Source: the human T2T-CHM13v2.0 reference genome, Homo sapiens
Length of the DNA: 64,000 nucleotides
Direction: 5' to 3' (one strand)
Assembly (NCBI RefSeq): GCF_009914755.1
Contig: NC_060934.1
A model generated the notes under the pieces. The model did not search any database, was not told the origin of the DNA, and was given only the letters and a program-made list of their open reading frames with translations. Below, in pieces: positions 13,250-28,876 of this stretch. Each line of letters opens with the position of its first letter. The first letter of the stretch is position 1. The position numbers and the translations under genes were made by a program.

Positions 13250-13748
13250 TCTGGTGTCCTGTCTGCAAATGCACTGTCCAACACTTCCAGCCTTCCTTAG
13301 ATGCATAAGCCACTACTCTTACCAAGGGGTGGAGTCTGTTTTCTCACTCTTTGAACCTGGGTTGCCACTGTGATTTGCTTTGACCAAAAGAATGCAGAGG
13401 ACTTGATGCTGTGCCTGTTTCCAGTCTAGTCCTTAAGAGACCCTGCAGCTTTTGGGTTTACTTTCTTGGAAGCCATGTAAAGGACTACTCGGGAGGGTGA
13501 GAGACTATGAAGAAGGAGAGAAACTCAGCCAGTCAGCCCCAAGCCATTCCAGCCTCTCCCAGCTTATGGGTGAAACCATCTTTGGTTCTCTAGCCCAGTA
13601 GAGAACCAAATAGACACCACACAGAGAAAAGACAAACTGCCCATGCTGAGCCCTGCCCAGATTCCAAAATCATGAGGAAGTAAATGACTGTGGCTTTAAG
13701 CCACTGGTTTTTGGGGTAGTTTATTATGCAATGATTGATAACTGAGAC
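13250..13748 (+). mobile_element. MLT1 (F/G/H-like) MaLR solo LTR
   Basis: GATTTGCTTTGACCAAAAGAATGCAG; 3' end TTTAAGCCACTGGTTTTTGGGGTAGTTTATTATGCAATGATTGATAACTGAGACA. Confidence 0.85.
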
Positions 13749-13854
13749 AAGCATGGTAAGTATTATTTAATTATCATGACAACCATTGTAGTGCCTAGTC
13801 TCACTGACTCTGCAGATAATTTACCCTTCGCTTTGAGTGTGCATGATCTGGACT

Positions 13855-14010
13855 AATGTTGAGGAAACTGAGGGCTTTGCAGATGAGAAAACTAATACAG
13901 GAAGGCTAACTCACTTGCCTAAGGCCATGCATGTAGCAGTAGTGGAGGTGGGTTTCAAACTCAGGCACTCTGGCTCCTTCATCCATGCTAGTATCCACTG
14001 TGCTTCATTA
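13855..14010 (-). mobile_element. MIR SINE
   Basis: TTTGCAGATGAGAAAACT...ACTTGCCTAAGGCCATGCA...TTCAAACTCAGGCACTCTGGCTCC. Confidence 0.75.
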
Positions 14011-16229
14011 CCCAGATTCTCTTAGCTCCTTCAGGGGTGCCTGTACCTTCTGTGCCCTGAGTCATAGGCTTAGACCTGAGCCACAGTCGTAGGTTTGATT
14101 GCATGGGCGTTGGTTAGTTTTGGCCTGAAACAAGGTCACACGTTGCCTGCTCACTGTGGTCAGCCAACCCCTAGATATTGTGTTGCAGGGAAGAGGAGGG
14201 GCAGGTACGAATGAGTGTCTTACGTGAAAAATCTCCACCACTGGATTGGCCATCCAGAATCAGGGTCTGGCAGGGCATGTCCTATTTACAACCAAAGGAC
14301 TGTGCATTCTTCTAGGTAAAGGGGCTGTGATGGGCCTGGAAGGCCCCTTTCCAGATCTGAGGGAAGCAATGTCTCATCCACATACATGGGGGTCTCCTGA
14401 GACCCCACTTGAGCCTTCAGGGGAGCTGCAAGGTCACCTGGCATCTTTTTGAATGTACTGAATGTCTGGGGTTTGGAGCCGATATGGCTGCAGCTTGGTG
14501 TGGGCCGTGCCTGAAGCAGCCTCCTTCATCTTCCTCCTCCTATGAGGTCAGAATTATTAGTGGCATTTTGCTAATGATGAAATGGAAGGCTAAATTTGAG
14601 CCTCACTTGGTGCTGGACTTCTGTCTCTGACTCTGCTCCCCAAGGAAGACCCCATGGAAGCCACCATGTGACAAGGTCTTCAGCTGTCGATGAGAAGGCT
14701 GTGGGCACCCTCCAGGGTTCTCAGAGTGCTCATATATGTTCATTACTTGATTCACTTCTTCACCTCACACATCCATTACCCAGGAACTCATGTTGGTGCT
14801 GGAGACACAGTGGTGAGCGAGGCAGACAGACCAAGCTTTTCCCAAGGAGCTTGCATTCTACTGGCAGGAAATGGACTCCCAAAATGAAGACATGGAATAG
14901 AGTGAAGAAACCTCCACCCACTGTGTACAGGGACCCTCCCGAAAGGCAAGGCATCTTAGGTACAAGCTATGGTGGGAATTGGGGGTTGACCTTTGGTAAT
15001 GTTATCTATGCAATAGTAGGTAAATGAATGTATGTTCTCTCCCTTTGCCTGCACGGATATAAATACATGCTGTAGGCTGGTACAAGTCCTCAGGCTGCCC
15101 CAGATCTGGGATAAACAGGCTCAGTGAAAAAGCAACAAAGTTTTTCTCCAGCAGGTGGAGTTCCAGAAAACTTCTGGTCTCCGTTAAAGGGATGCGGTTC
15201 TGAGCCAAAAACTCTGAGCCTGGAAGAGAAAGGCCCCCTAATTTACTTTGCTGATTTGTTTATTTATTCAGTATTTATTTGGCGTTCAGAACTGTCCAAG
15301 AGTTTGTTGGTGATACCAAAATAGTAGTAATCCTATAAAAATATTTCAGGCTTCAGAGGGTTTATGATGTGGATGAGAAGCAGGATGTTCCCACGTAAAA
15401 GAGCTGGCATTGCTACAAACAGTGGGCAGAGTGGGGGGTGACAGGACAGATGGTGGGGGCACAGTAGTTCTCAGAAGGCCATGCCTATGTGCCGTGGCAT
15501 TTGGGGCATTTGAGTTGATGCAACTCCTGCTGCAACTCAGTAGGTCTCACAGAGGGGAGAGGCAAACAAGGAAAAAGCAATTTGAGTGAGTCAAAGTGTG
15601 GACGTAGCGATAAGAAAGGAAGGAGATGGGAGAGTTAGGGCTGGTGGGAGTAGGGGGTCCAGAGAAGCCACTTGTGATCTTGCAGTGTGGCAAAGAAAGG
15701 GCCTTCAGAGATCCATTGGTGTAACTCTCTTATTTGTCATTGGGGACGGTGTGGTATCAACAGGTTTCACAAGTTAGGGGGATATGCACCAGGGCTGGAA
15801 CCCCTCTGCCTTGACGGCACCAGGCTGCAGTTTCCTCCTCCATGGGGTACTTGTTAAGGAGCTGGGGGTACCGTTGGAGCCAGTCTGGAGTGGAAAAGCT
15901 GCAGATAGCAGGCAGAGGCCACAGATTTAAATCCCGGAAGCAATAGGAAGCTACTGGATGTTTCTGAGCAGGGAACCATGTTATAAGATTAATATTAGGA
16001 TTAAGTGGCCATCAATGTGGAAAATTCCCCAACAGTCATTTTTCTGTATCAAACCCACTGCACAGTTACTCTGTCATCTGAGAGTTTTCTTTTTTTTCCC
16101 TCCTCCTTTGAGCCAAGCAGTCTCAATTCCTCTACTCCCCTCTCCCTCTTCAGGATTTTCCCCCAGGAAGTACAAATTTCTTATTTCTTTCTAATGCAGA
16201 GCGATTTCCTAATCAACTTTCTGTCTTTT

Positions 16230-16362
16230 TTATTTTCTACTTATTTTTATTTTTATAGATTTAGGGGGTGCAAGTGCATTTTTGTTTCATGGATATATTG
16301 TGTAGTGAAGTCTCAGCTTTTAGTGCAACTATCACCCAAGAATAGTGTATGTTGTTCCCAAC
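16230..16362 (-). mobile_element. Short L1 (L1PB/L1MA-like) 3' end fragment
   Basis: ATAGATTTAGGGGGTGCAAGTGCATTTTTGTTTCATGGATATATTGTGTAGTG. Confidence 0.75.
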
Positions 16363-16674
16363 TTTTGTGTCTTGAACTTGCTTTTGGACTCTTACTCTTC
16401 ATTCTCAGCAGTTTCACAAGGCATTTTCTCCAGAGTAAATTCAGAGTTCACTCCAAAAAGATTTGGTGAATGGAGCATTTTCCGTCTTTCCCTCTCTGTA
16501 TAGTCAGCATTGAAGGTCATGCCTGAATCATTGTGTTGTTTATAAAATCTCTAATAGGAAAAAGAACCCTACTTCCAAGATTGCTTTTCTTTCATCATTT
16601 GCCCAAGGAAGACTGGGAAATCTTAGACTTGAAAATCTTTGGGGACAGAAATCAGAAATGAGTTGTTGAGTTGG

Positions 16675-17259
<585 letters not shown>

Positions 17260-18269
17260 CCCATTATACTTTCTAAACCACAGGTTGGATGTTGGCTCGG
17301 TTTGAGGTGTGAGGTGGTTGATATTGCAAAAGTGTGGGATAGATGTGGGAAGGGGGTACTGGGTTTGGCAGAGGGGTGTGTGTGTGTGTGTCTGATCTTT
17401 TGGGTCTCTGGATGCACAGGCCTGTGAGCATTTCCAGTCAGCAAGAGTGACTTCAAAAGCAAAGAGGCACTTAAGTCCTGCTTAGCAATCAGAAGACAAA
17501 AATCCTTATGGAAAATTTCTGTCCTTGCCACCTCTCTGTCTGTAGTGGGAAGAACATTGGTTCTGGTGAAATTTTGCTCACTCTGTAGAAGTGTTAGTTT
17601 AATAACCTGCTTCCAAGATTCCTTCTGAAGCCAAGAAGTTGAGTTTCACTATTATTTAATAAAGTTTCAAGGTAGTATTTAAAAAAGGACATGTCTGTGC
17701 TGGTGGGTGAGGAAGGTTTATTTCCTGTTCTGTATTTATTTATTTTATTTTTTGCACATAGACACTGATTATAAAAAATAGCTCCAAGGTTGATAAAAAC
17801 CAGCCTTCCTCAGCCTGCTCAGAGAGTTGCCCTTATTTCCAATTATCCAACTCACTGGCTGCTAAAGTATTGCTCCTTCAGCGCTACAGACAAGAGGAAT
17901 TAGTTACACAGGCAAATTGCTTTGTTGTGTTTCTCGCCTGAGCCATAATTTATGTGGCGGGGCATCCGGCATTGTGCTAGGATCCTTACTCAAAGTGCAA
18001 GTGTGCATGAAAGCTCTCTGCCACCTCAGGCACCGCTGGGTGTGCTGCCCATTTGTCGCCCAACCCAGAGCTGACAAAACAGTCTCTCCACCATTCTTTG
18101 GTTCAGGTTCACTCACATTTTGATGAAATTCCATGACTTCTAATTATTTAACATTCCAAATTACATAGATTCCCAAATGCTTTTGGAGCTAGGAGTACCT
18201 TGTAGGATGCAATGCCCCAGGGAATCAGAACATTTTTAAATGGCAGTGAATATTTGGAGGAAGTATCCT

Positions 18270-18445
18270 CTTCTGTGTCACTCGGATCTGGGTTTCAATC
18301 CTGCCTCTGCCACTTGTGGATTCCATTGGATCTCTGTTTTCTCATCTGCAAAAGACGGTTGATGCTTATTCGAGAGGTGATACAGGGACTGGATGAGATA
18401 GCACAGGCAAATCCTGTTGCTTGGTGTCTGATCCCTAGGAGGCCC
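18270..18445 (+). mobile_element. MIR SINE
   Basis: CTGGGTTTCAATCCTGCCTCTGCCACTT...TTTTCTCATCTGCAAAA. Confidence 0.75.
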
Positions 18446-19800
18446 TCGGCTAGTTTCCTTCTGTTGGTCAGGTAGACTGTGTTCAATTCACCCCTCACTG
18501 ATTGAGTGCCTACTGGATGCCAGTCAGTGAGTGGACCCCTGGGGATACAGCAAGAAAGATGCAGCACCTGCTCTCTGGAGTCTCACAGCCTAAATTAGGC
18601 ACTGTAGGATTTGTGGTAAACTGTTTAAAGTAAACGTATAGTGAGACTTCTACCTCTCCCTATCAGTTTGGCCCTTTTGGGAGCCTGCTTTCTGACACAG
18701 CAGCAAGGTATAATTGAAAAGCCAATTTAGCTTCCTCTTTTGTCAGTGCCTTTAGATCTTGATTTTGTCATCACCTTGCCATAGGAACTGAACTGGAATA
18801 AGCCCCTTTCCCATAGACAGCTCTAGAGTCTTGGAGACACAACTTTCAGAGCTTTGGAAGGCATGAAAGACAGCCAATCACAAGTGTCCAGTCATGCAAA
18901 ATATATGTAGTCTAAACTGATTTAAAAAATCTTTAGGTCTAAAGTTTTCTCTAAATATTGAGCCTTTGGGAATCCAGGCATTTTGTGAGGTAGCACACTC
19001 TCTTTGTTTCATGCCTTATTTTGACTAATGTTGCTGTTTAGGCTCTAAGTTTTGTTGGTTCAAGGCTGGTTAGCTTGCAAGTATGCGTCTTTTTATCTGT
19101 AAGACAGGCCCAGGAAGCAACTTCTAGCTATAGAAATCCACAGCCCAGACATTACAGAAACCTTCATTTCCTCAGATTGCACTGGCTGTCCAGCTTGAGG
19201 GTGGGTGTGTAAAGAGGGGTGGGAGGGAACCTAGTGTAGATGTAGGCATCTGAGTGTGATTCTGTGGAATCTCCAGTGTCTGTACAGGAGGGGCCCTGGT
19301 CTGATTACAGGTGGGTAGGGTGTAGGATGCTAGGGGTCTTCTTCCCAAACACAGAGCAAGCCTACTCCTTCTACTTGGACTTCAAGTTTATTTGAAGGCA
19401 AGTTGTGCAGCTGATTGAGATTATCCATACAACAAATACTGAATGAGGGCCTACTATGTGCCAGGCATTATTCTAAGTATGGGCATGCATTGTGAATGAA
19501 GCAAGGACCCAGCTCTCATGGAGTTATCTTAAGGAGATGCTCAAGGACCCCCACCAACCCTTTCTCCTTTAGCTAGTTTTTACTTTCTAGCATTGTTCCT
19601 TCCTGTAACACCATGACCATATTTCCTGGGATACTCCAGAGGGGGAAATGATGTGACTTAGTACTTCCTGAAATTCATGTTTCCATACATGAACTGAGAG
19701 ACTGGAAAAGAAGTAAGAAAGCAAGCAGTCTGTAAAGGTAATGGAATGGAAACCACTATTTAGCCATGTGAGAGAGGCAGGGGAATGAGATGAGCAATGA

Positions 19801-20527
<727 letters not shown>

Positions 20528-20730
20528 CAGTGTTGCTTTTTAAGCAGGCTCTTTTGAGTCACTGAGAAAGGAGGCCAGGAAGGATATTATTACCTAAGCT
20601 GCTTGAATGAAGCTTAACTATTGCCAGTGGTTCCTTTTGCCTTTTGACCCTATGGATGGCCACTGGAATCTTCGGGCCTGAGACCTGAGAGGTGATAATG
20701 GCATGAAAGACTGAGCAGCCAACTGCTCTA

Positions 20731-21051
<321 letters not shown>

Positions 21052-21199
21052 TCAACGAGATAGACAAGTATTTGTGTCTGATGTGGCGTGGCAGTGGTGG
21101 GGGTTCTCTTTCACAAGTAACTACAGCCAGCTAGCTTGGGTCATAGATGTCCTAAAATTAATTTTTATTAGGAATAGTTTCTAGGGTTCATATGACTAG

Positions 21200-21510
21200 G
21201 TAGGTAGATTTCCTTCTCTATCCCTGTATTTCTATCTCCTCCCTGTTTCCCTCTTCTATTCTTAAAAAGAAGCTCACATCTTCACATGGCCCCGAGATGT
21301 GTTCACACTATCTCCAGAGGGCTGAGTCTCAGGTGCTCACATGAAAATCTGCTCATGAAAGGCCCCTGTGTTAGCTAGATTCTCTTCCCTGGCGCACTTA
21401 CCCCTCCTTTAATGGAGCTTCCTGGAATTTCCTTCCAAACAACCTACTAACCCACTTACTCTCAAATCCTTGCCTGGGGGTCTGCTTTGGGGGTAACCCA
21501 AGCTTAAACC
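21200..21510 (+). mobile_element. ERVL LTR16/LTR33-like fragment
   Basis: 3' end CTCAAATCCTTGCCTGGGGGTCTGCTTTGGGGGTAACCCAAGC. Confidence 0.65.
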
Positions 21511-21764
21511 TACAGATCTGAACACAGAGGCCAGCACACTCTACCCACTTTTTGATACCTTCCTTTTCCTAATTATGAAAATATCATGGAGGTTTTTTAA
21601 TGTCATTCTGTGTGTGTGTTTATCTAGAGTTCCATTGTAGGGCACCCACACATTTAAACCTCTGTAGAACTTTATATTTTATGTTCTAAATAAGTCATCT
21701 AGAATAGATCTTATTTTATTTTTAGTTTTTTCAATCAGAAATTCTTATGGCCCTGGACTAGGCC

Positions 21765-21990
21765 CTGGGGTGTAGAAACACACACCCAAACACTAGGCTC
21801 TGGGTAAGCCAGGCCTGAATTCAAGTTCAGCTGTGCCTCATTCTAATTGCATGATCTTGGACAGATTACTTAAGCTCCCTGAGCCTCACTTTCCTCTCTG
21901 TAAAATGGGAAGAACAAAGCCTCCCCACCTCAAAGCCTATGAAATAAAAATGAGATGATTGTAAAACACCAGACCCATGATAATAATGTT
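21765..21990 (+). mobile_element. MIR SINE
   Basis: GAGCCTCACTTTCCTCTCTGTAAAATGGG core. Confidence 0.8.
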
Positions 21991-24136
21991 CTCAGGAAAA
22001 AAGATTCCCATCCCAACCTCCTACCTCATTCATCATGAGCTTCCCAATAGGTTGTAGCATCTGTCACCTTGCTCTGTAGTTGCTAAATCTATCTGGACTG
22101 TTATGGGACACAAAGGAAGGAGAATGGGAGAGATTAGCTGCAACTGAACACATGGAGCAGGGCATCTCAGATGAGGTGACATTTGAACTGGGTCATAAAG
22201 ACTGATGAGGATTTCACTAAGAGAAGGAAGAAGGAAGGAAAGACTCTTTGGCCATTGTTCTGGGTATTATATATAGCTCATCTGGCTGGAGAAAAAAGGG
22301 GCTCAGGAAGTCCCACTTATGGGATCTGATGTAGGAGGCTGGGTGTTTTGCCTACATTAACTGTTTGAGCACTAATCTCTCATGTCGTTAGATGGCTCAA
22401 ACCTAACACCAGCCTTAGCACCTCAAAGGACAGAGCCCTCAGTCCACTGGTAAATCCTGAGAGAGCTGGACGTGACAGTCCCTTTATTCCTTCAGTTCCT
22501 GAGGTCTGGGGAGCTCCTGGGACTCCTATTTTTGCCCCCAGTTTTAGAGCAGAAGTTGCACCAATTTTATTGATAGTGTTTAAAAGTGAAGATAGATCTA
22601 ATAATTAAATGTTGGGAGTGTTCACTTGCAAATCTGAATACTTAGCTTCTTTTGCAAATTGGGAAGATCTGGCAAAACCCATTCCTTGTTTATGTGTGCC
22701 AGGAGTCACCTGGAGCCTGGGAGGAGCAGTTCTCCTTTCCCAGGCACTTCTGCTGCTTGCCCCAGGCCCCACCTCACCCCCTTCCTCAACACTGAGGCAC
22801 AGGCTCATGACTCTTTACCTCTACATTGACACTATTATTATATTTTATAATAGAAGAATATTTATCCGTATTCATGTCTCTAAAGCAAGAAACTAAATTA
22901 TAGTCAGGAGAAGGGTAGCTTCTTTCAAGAAAACTAGGAGTGGCCATTTCTTCTTTTTTTTTTTTTTTTTTTTTTTTTTGGTAGAGGTGAAGAATCTTCC
23001 TGTCTGGCCTCCTAGGCATCTCTGTAGTCTGCCAGTCCAGCCTTGTGCTTGGGAGGGGACTTGGCTGTTTCTCACTGACTTGCCGACTGAGTGTCACCGG
23101 CAGTTTCCCTGGCTGCAGGGTGGAGCGCTCAGCTCTGTATTTGCAAGCAGGTCTGTGAAGAGGCAGTCCCATTCCAAAGAGCTCTTTGATTTCCTTTTAC
23201 TTTAAGATGTTCCTAAGGAGGAATTTCTTAAAAAGAAGTGCCGTTCTCTCTCTCTTAATCATAATTCAGCTCCAGCAAGTGATCTGTAGATAGACAGATT
23301 TCATTATTGTTGCTGATGACAGTGTCAAATCGAGTTGGCTCTTCTCTCTCCACTTTCTAGCCCCTCTTGCCCCATCTACATCCCTGCACTAAAAGATGTA
23401 GCCCTTAGGGGCAAAGGCAATGCAGACAGGCCCAAAGAATATTGTCTAGATTATGCAGTAAAACACTTCCTGCAAGAACCAATTGCTTTTGCTCCCATGA
23501 TACCAACTCTGTAAACGTGGCAACTAATCTTTAAAAATAAATCACTTCTCTGGGTCCATTAAGTCCCCTCTTGGGAGGGCATAAGCCCTTGCTTGGGGTG
23601 GTTTTGTGGCCAGTAATGCTGGAGGAGTCATTATTTTGACCAATGAGGTGAAAATTGCTTCACTTATTTCCAGGTGACACAGACAAATGAGGTGAGCCTG
23701 ATTCAATTGGGAACCACAATGTAGGCTGTCTAAGGCAAACCAATGGGTCAGAAAGAAGAGGGCAGAGGGACAACGCTTTCCTCCCCTTCTTGGGCAGCAT
23801 CCGAGTATACCAGATACTTCACAAGGTGGCCTCTGTCTTTGGAAAGACCTGGGAAATGTCCCCTGGGAACAGGGTGGGAAGCTGCAGAGGACATTTGTGC
23901 ATTTTTCCAGTCTTTGGGGAATTAGTTGGCAGTTTCTATACCTTGAGAATTTTGGGGGAAAGGGAGCAAAGATGGCCATTTCTCTTGCAATTATGCTTAG
24001 CCCTGGGAATAGGTTTGACCTTTTGGTGGAGGTCACACTTTTACCTAGAAAACAGAGATAACTTCTTGTGGGGAAATCAGCCTCCGGGGTGTCAGCTCAA
24101 ATCCAGGCCCAGAAGGTGAAGCTGTTGATGTGGAAG

Positions 24137-24322
24137 CAGCAGTTTTCAAACCTAGGTGCACAAGAGTCACCTGGGGCTTTTATTAAAATTGCAGTTTCCC
24201 GGATCCCACCTGGTAACATTTTGGTTTATTAGGTTGGAGGTAGTGCCTAGGGATCTGCATTTTAACAAGTACCAGATAATTCTGTTGCAAGTGCTCTTCA
24301 GATCACACTTTTGCAGAACTTC
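24137..24322. mobile_element. MER5A hAT-Charlie MITE
   Basis: CAGCAGTTTTCAAACC...GATCTGCATTTTAACAAG...CACACTTTTGCAGAAC. Confidence 0.8.
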
Positions 24323-24734
24323 AGCTCAGTCTTTCCCAGAAGCCACTTCATAAATTTTTTTCAACTAGTAAGAAAAGTGCTTAAGGATTTATGAGTATGT
24401 CCTCAAAGCGTGGACTTCGGCACTGCTTCAACAGACAGGCTTATTATTGTGAATTTAACACAATGGAATTATAAATTATTCATCCACAGTTGAAAAAAGG
24501 AACTTGACTCAACATCTGGGAGCTGAATGCAGCGTGGTGCAAATCACTTATGCTATTTCTATAAAAATAAAATTGTTTCAATCAAGGCACATGTACGACT
24601 CCCTTTTCCCTTACCTTGCAGGTTGCTCTGCTTTCTGAGTGCCTGCAGAGGGGCTGTTACATGGGGGGAGACTGGCAATTGAGGTTCCCATCGGCTTCTT
24701 CCAGCCTTTCCTACTTTCCCTGTCCAGGGGCCCT

Positions 24735-24892
24735 AGATCATGGATTCCCAAATGCTGAAATGCAAGCAATCCTCTGGGGAGCTTGTAAAAAAAAAAAAAA
24801 CACATAGATTCCTGAGAAGCACCACCAAAAATTCTAGTTCACGAGGTGTAGGATGAAGCCTGAGAATCTGCATTTTAATCAGCATCCCTGGT
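24735..24892. mobile_element. MER5-type MITE fragment
   Basis: CTGGGGAGCTTGTAAAA...GCCTGAGAATCTGCATTTTAATCAGCATCCC. Confidence 0.7.
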
Positions 24893-24944
24893 AGGCACTG
24901 CTCTACACATCTCTAAGGGCACTCTTGGGGCACCTAGTAACCTA

Positions 24945-25420
24945 AGCATTCTAGGCAGAGTATCTGGGGCCTACAAGCTTTTCTGAGGCTGACAGAAATA
25001 TTTGAGACCTGAAAAATTGTGTTGGCTCCAAACTAGGAATAGACAACTGCAAAATCAAAACCGTCTACCAAACATAACATGCCAGCTCTATCCATTATTA
25101 AATTTAGTATTTATAAAGATTTCATTACATTTGAAAATAATTTGTAGGCTAGATTTTTTTTGCACTTCCCAAGAGTTTCTGAATATGTATGATAATCATT
25201 AGGAAACCATAATCAATTGTATCCAGATTTCAAAGACAAAGTTATAAAGTTGTGCTTCAAGATATTTTTACAGTGAATACTTATTTATATTCACATGTAT
25301 ATTTGTATCTATTATGGGATGTAGCTATGATTTAATATGTTTGATGCCATGTTGGGGTAGGTGTTTGGGCCTTATGAGCTGAAGGTGTTTGGGGCTTATG
25401 AGGGATTTAAAATGCCCCTC
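24945..25420. mobile_element. Possible hAT-Tip100-type DNA transposon remnant (MER115-like)
   Basis: GGGGCCTACAAG near the left end and GGGGCTTATGAGGGATTTAAAATGCCCCT at the right end, AT-rich interior. Confidence 0.4.
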
Positions 25421-25489
25421 AGGGAACATTTAAGATTTTCTTGGTCCTTGGTCAATGAGTTCATAGTACTCCATTTACCTGTGAAGTAG

Positions 25490-25610
25490 AGAGTGTTGTA
25501 ATTCCTATTTTACAGAGGAGGAAGCTGAGTAGTTTATTGATTTACCAAAGAACCAGCAGCCAGTAAATAACAGAGTCAGAATTCAAACTCAAGTCTTAGG
25601 ACTTGAAATG
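25490..25610 (-). mobile_element. MIR SINE
   Basis: CCTATTTTACAGAGGAGGAAGCTGAG...CAGAATTCAAACTCAAGTCT. Confidence 0.75.
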
Positions 25611-27399
25611 TGTTATATCGTGTACTTCTGTGTCAGGAACCGTACCAACAAAGACCACATGTATACTGATACCTTGGGTGGGCCAGATCTTTGTAACAGC
25701 CATGAATCAATCATATTAGTATGAGGAAATTTGAAGATTTTTGATCAGAGTAGAAATAATTTTCATATTTTGGGTCAAAAAGCAACATATTGACAATAAT
25801 CATCATGTGAAGATAAAGCCAGCTAGCAGAGAGCCGGCTTCTGGGTCTGCGAAGACAGTACAGCTATTTTAGCTGAAGATATGGAGGGCAGGGAGTGGAC
25901 TAGTGCTTGATCTATCTCTAGATCTGCTTCTCCAGCACATTAAAATCCCAGCGATACTGAGGGGTTATTCCAATAAAGCCTGAGCAAGACATTAATAGTA
26001 TATGGGCCTTGTCACAAAGGCAGACCTGTGCTCAGAGGACACAGGGGTCTGAAAACACAAAAGACCCATCCAGGCTGTGTCTGGAGAGCTTTTTCTTCTG
26101 AGCAGACCACAGACTCTGCCTGAGAGCCTGGGCTCTTCATGTTAACCCACGGTGACCTGCCTACAATTACTGCTCATGTGTGTCCTACTACCATTCCCTC
26201 AGGGCTATGAAAACTTTTAAAAAGTGGCTGAGGGAAGAGCTATTGAACAGGTTATTTTTCTCTACCTGTGAACAACAAGAAATACATATTCATTACAGAA
26301 AAATGAGGAAACACAGGTAAGCCAAAAGGGAGAAAAACAATCTCTGAAATTCCCCCATCCAGAATATATACTATTAATTTCTTCGCATAGATCATTCTGA
26401 TCTATTTTTTTCTAAGTAAAATATCTTAAATGCTCCCTGAGAAGTCATCCTGGCCAGTCCCCTGCCTTCACATCCACTACATTTTCCACTGATTGTTCCC
26501 TTACCAGTGCCAGTTTGTGAGATGTCGTGCCAGGTCACACTTCAGGAATAATAAAGAATGAGAACACATCTTACTCCCAAACATACAATATCAGTGCTGA
26601 GATTATTCTTAAACTTGGTCCAGCAGTGAAGTCTCTGAATTTATTGTATTCTTTTGAACACCATGAAATACACCATTTTGTGATATATTAAGCCTGGTAA
26701 GTCAGGTATCTTAAAGTCGTAAAAGGTACCCATGGCTTAAGAAAGTTAATGGGAAAAATATCATTAATTGAGAAAAGACCACACATTAACTTTATCTTAC
26801 ATAACCTGGAAGACTGTCATTTGGTTTTAGTAGAGGAATACCACTATATACTCACGGAATATTGGTGCCCCATGGGTCCTTAGTTTGAGAAACTCTGATT
26901 CTTAGGATCATCTCTGGCAATTTACTTCTTCTTTCTGGGCTCCAGTGTTCTCATCTGTGTCAGCGTGCTGCCTTGATTAAGACTCAGGTCCCTGACTCCC
27001 AGTGCAGCACAGTAATGCAGGTGTCAGGCTCCTGAGAGGATCCCCAATCCTTCTCCATCACCCCTTCTCATATGAAAATTCTTATTTCTCTCAGTTAATC
27101 ACTTAAGTCTTAGCAAAGTTTTTTTCTCCTCTAGGATTATAGGATGAAACCTTCCTTGCATAGAACTATACACACAAACACACACCCAGACTATTTTTGT
27201 GATGTTTTTCTCTTTAAAGCTGAAGATTCATGACACTTGCATACTTACATGACTCTCTCTTGCTCCTTCCTTCCTTCCCTCCTTTCCTCCCTTTCTCCCT
27301 GACCCACCCCTCCCTCTCATTGTGGGTGGTACATCTTTTGATTAAATGCAGTCTTGTGTTTTTGGAAACTGTCTTCCCGTGATTTTTTTCTCTTGAGTT

Positions 27400-28876
27400 T
27401 TCTTTTTGAATTTTATTTCAGATTCAGGGTGTACATGTGCAGGTTTGTTACATGGATATTTTGTGTAATGATGAGGTTTGGGCTTCTAGTGAACCCATTA
27501 TCCAAATAGTGAACACTGTACCTAATAAATAGTTTTTCAACCCTCATTCCCGTCCCATTCTTCCCTCTTTTGAAGTTCCAAGTATCTATTATTTCCATCT
27601 TTATGTCCATCTTTATGTCCATGTGTACCAGTTGTTTAGCTTTCACTTACAAATCAGAATATATAGTGTTTGATTTTCTGTCTCTGAGTTATTTCAGTTA
27701 GAATAATGGCCTCCAGCTCCATCCATGTTGCTGCAAATGACATGATTTCATTATTTTTATGGTTGCATAGTATTTTATGGTGTATATATATATAAAGTGG
27801 TACAGTATTTATACATATAATGTGATATATAATCACATTTTCTTTATCCAATCAACCACTAATAAACATTTGGGTTGATTACATGACTTTGCTAGTGCAA
27901 ATAGTGCTGTGATGAACATATGAGTGCAGGTGTCTTTTGATAAAATGGTTTTTTTTCCTTTGGGTAGATACCTAGTAGTGGGATTCCTGATTCCCTAGTA
28001 GTGGGATTAATGGTAGTTCTAATTTTAGTTCTTTGAGAAGTCTCCAAACTGTTTCCTTAGGGGTTGAACTAATTTACATTGCTGCCAACAGTGTATAAGC
28101 ATTCCCTGTTCCCTTTTCTCCACATCCTTGCCAACATCTGTTATTTTTTGACTTTTTAATAAAGCCATTCTGACTTATTTTAGATGGCATCTCACTGTGA
28201 TTTTAATTTGCATTTCTCTTATGATTAGCAATGTTGAGCATTTTTTTCATAAGCTTATTGGCTGTGTGTATGGTTTCTTTTGAGAAGTGTCTATTCATGT
28301 CCTTTTCCCACCTTTTAGTGGATTATTTTTTTCCTTGTTGATTTAATTTCCTTATAGACTTTGGATATTAGTACTTTGTTAGATGCATAGTTTACAAATA
28401 TTTCCTCCCATTCTTTAGGTTGTCTGTTTACTCTGTTGATTGTTTCTTTTCCTGTGCAGAAGCTCTTTAGTTTAATTAAGACCCATTTGTTGATTTTCAT
28501 TTTTACTGTATTTGCTTTTAAGGTCTTAGTCATAAATTCCTTGCCCAGATCAATGTCCAGAAAAGTTTGTCTTAGGTTTTCCTCTATGATTTTTATAGTT
28601 TTGGGTCTTACATTTAAGTCTGTACTCCATCTTGAGTTAATTTTTATATGTGGTGATAGATAGGAGTCCAATTTCATTATTCTGCATATGGCTAGCCAGT
28701 TTTCCCAGTACCATTTATTGAATAGAAAGTCCTTTCCCCATTGTCTGTTTGTTGAGTTTATTGAATATCAATTAGTTGTAGATATGTGTCTTTATTTCTG
28801 GGTTCTCTATTCTGTTTCACTGAGCTATGTGTCTATTTTTTTGTACTGATACCATGTTGTTTTGGTTACTATAGTT
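27400..28876 (-). mobile_element. L1PB-like LINE-1, 3' 1.5 kb (end of ORF2 plus 3'UTR)
   Basis: ORFs 28315-28677 ([16 protein letters not shown]) and 27654-27851 (MSFAATWMELEAII) are L1-derived. Confidence 0.95.

Noticed and set aside
15148-15160. CTCF-like motif CCAGCAGGTGGAG
   Set aside because: Mismatch at a core position; a single motif is not evidence of binding.
23542-24119. 164-aa and 109-aa ORFs in unique DNA
   Set aside because: No recognisable domain, coding bias or supporting exon structure.
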